A stretch of 26,240 bases of DNA from Methanothrix sp. Lineage in GTDB: Archaea > Halobacteriota > Methanosarcinia > Methanotrichales > Methanotrichaceae. Where the stretch lies: assembly GCA_040770465.1 (NCBI GenBank), contig JAXGJB010000039.1:1-26240 (forward strand), given 5' to 3'. Position numbers and translations under genes: made by a program. Positions 24,899 through 26,240 of the stretch are shown piece after piece; the first letter of the stretch is position 1, and every line of letters begins with the position of its first letter. Under the pieces are notes generated by a model. That model saw only the letters and a program-made list of their open reading frames with translations, was not told the origin of the DNA and did not search any database.

Positions 24899-26240
24899 AT
24901 GGAAGCGGAGACCAGCTCAGACCCGCGCCCTGTGATCCAGGCGAGCGAGATCCTGGCCAAGATAGAGCGAGGCGAGGACGTCGAGTACGACTACCCCGTT
25001 AAAATTGAGGGTGATCTAGACCTGAGCAGGCTGGACCTGCGCACTGAGCACGTGGACAGAACAGAGCTTGAAGTGAAGCGCGGTTTATCCGACGATATAA
25101 AAGTTGTCAGATCACAAATTATCATCACTAATTCTGAGATTCAGGGACATGTAAACTTTGGCAATGCCTGCTTCAAAGCCAAGATCATCTTTAGAGGGGT
25201 AGAGTTCGGCAGGGATGTCAATTTCCAGGGAGCAGGATTTGAAAGGGAAATCTACTTCGAGGGAACTAAGTTCAAAGGTAAGGTCAACTTCCTGGATGCA
25301 AAGTTCACTGGTAGGTATGCTAACTTCAGGGGAGCCGAATTTGACGAGAATGCCGACTTCCGGAGAGTTGAGTTCAACAGGAAGTTCGAGGGAAATACCG
25401 ATTTTCGGGATACAAAATTCATTAGTGGGAGTGCCGACTTCAGGGGAGCCGAATTCGGAAGGGATACCGATTTCAAAGGTGCTGAATTTGATGCGGATGC
25501 CTATTTCCAGATAACCAAGTTCACTGGTAAAAGAGTCAGCTTCGGTAAAGTCAAATTCGGCGGAGCTGCCACCTTTAATAAAGCCGAATTTAGCAGGAAT
25601 GTTTACTTCCAGGAAGCCGAATTTAGCAGGATTGCCAACTTCAGTAAGGCCAAGTTCACCGGCGAAAATTCCAGCTTCAAGGGAACAGTGTTCAATGGGA
25701 TTGCCCATTTCAAGGAAACCGAATTTACCAGATCGGTTGCATATTTTTCGGAAGCAAAGTTCAGGGGCGAGAATGTCAGCTTCTGGGAAACAGTGTTCGG
25801 TGGGAGGGTCTACTTCGAGGGAGCTGAGTTTGACGGGAATGCCGATTTTAGGGAGACAAAGTTCTGGACGGATACCAACTTTCGGAGAGCCAAGTTTAGC
25901 GAGAATGCTAGCTTCAAGCGAGCTGAGTTTGACGGGAATACCGATTTTAGGGAGAACAAGTTCTGGAAGGATATCAGCTTTCGGAGAGCCAAGTTTAACG
26001 AGAATGTTAGCTTCAATCTAGCTGAGTTTGACGGGAATGCCGAATTCGATCACGACCAGTTTAACAATGATGTATCTTTCAAAGATACGAAATTTGTCGA
26101 TCCCGTGTCTCAAGAAGTGGCATGTAGAATAGCAAAAAGGAAGATGGAAAATCAGGGAAACAAAAAAGAAGCAGATGATTATTTTTACAGGGAAATGGAA
26201 GCAATAAGGATACGAAGCGGAATCAAAGGAACAAAAAAGC
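24899..26240 (+). CDS. Second pentapeptide-repeat protein, 3'-truncated by the window edge and absent from the ORF track
   Basis: Manual translation from ATG 24899: MEAETSSDPRPVIQASEILAKIERGEDVEYDY...VNFGNACF...ANFRGAEFDENADF...SQEVACRIAKRKMENQGNKKEADDYFYREMEAIR. No stop was seen before the window end. Confidence 0.9.
   Translation, partial: MEAETSSDPRPVIQASEILAKIERGEDVEYDYPVKIEGDLDLSRLDLRTEHVDRTELEVKRGLSDDIKVVRSQIIITNSEIQGHVNFGNACFKAKIIFRGVEFGRDVNFQGAGFEREIYFEGTKFKGKVNFLDAKFTGRYANFRGAEFDENADFRRVEFNRKFEGNTDFRDTKFISGSADFRGAEFGRDTDFKGAEFDADAYFQITKFTGKRVSFGKVKFGGAATFNKAEFSRNVYFQEAEFSRIANFSKAKFTGENSSFKGTVFNGIAHFKETEFTRSVAYFSEAKFRGENVSFWETVFGGRVYFEGAEFDGNADFRETKFWTDTNFRRAKFSENASFKRAEFDGNTDFRENKFWKDISFRRAKFNENVSFNLAEFDGNAEFDHDQFNNDVSFKDTKFVDPVSQEVACRIAKRKMENQGNKKEADDYFYREMEAIRIRSGIKGTKK
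25821..26043 (+). repeat. Intragenic 99-bp tandem duplication (about 2.25 copies)
   Basis: (g/t)agctgagtttgacgggaat recurs at 25821, 25920 and 26019, encoding AEFDGNxDFRExKFWxDxxFRRAKFxENxSFxx. Confidence 0.9.

Noticed and set aside
23263-26240. Diversity-generating retroelement behind the variable repeat genes
   Set aside because: There is no reverse transcriptase in the window and no template/variable repeat pair differing only at adenines.

Overview
This is a GC-rich archaeal window from a methanogen, most consistent with a Methanothrix/Methanocrinis (Methanosaeta harundinacea-like) genome. That call rests on cofD, methanogenesis marker 12, sepS, and the style of the secreted TPR, LRR, NosD-like and pentapeptide proteins. 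The housekeeping backbone (cofD, marker 12, DJ-1/PfpI, Trm5/Tyw2-like methyltransferase, glucan phosphorylase, sepS, rpiA, mtnA) is interrupted by accessory genes. The best candidate for an undescribed system is an AT-rich island of about 2.7 kb (~11370-14047) holding a two-gene minus-strand operon. Its first gene encodes a 219-aa orphan protein with a Cys-free helical N-terminal half, a 7-Cys central core and a helical tail. Its second gene encodes a radical SAM/SPASM maturase with an N-terminal PqqD/RRE-like domain. Together they look like a peptide- or protein-modifying (RiPP-like) system with an unusually large precursor. Other notable items: a 19-repeat internalin-like LRR gene variable only at binding-face positions, two tandem pentapeptide-repeat genes with duplicated promoter/5' ends and unrelated AT-rich middles (the second is missing from the ORF track), a DUF1848 gene with a C-terminal CxxxCxxC motif and a PIP-like tail, and a +1 frameshift in marker 12. 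No rRNA, tRNA, CRISPR array or transposase was recognised. All family calls come from motif reading, not database searches.
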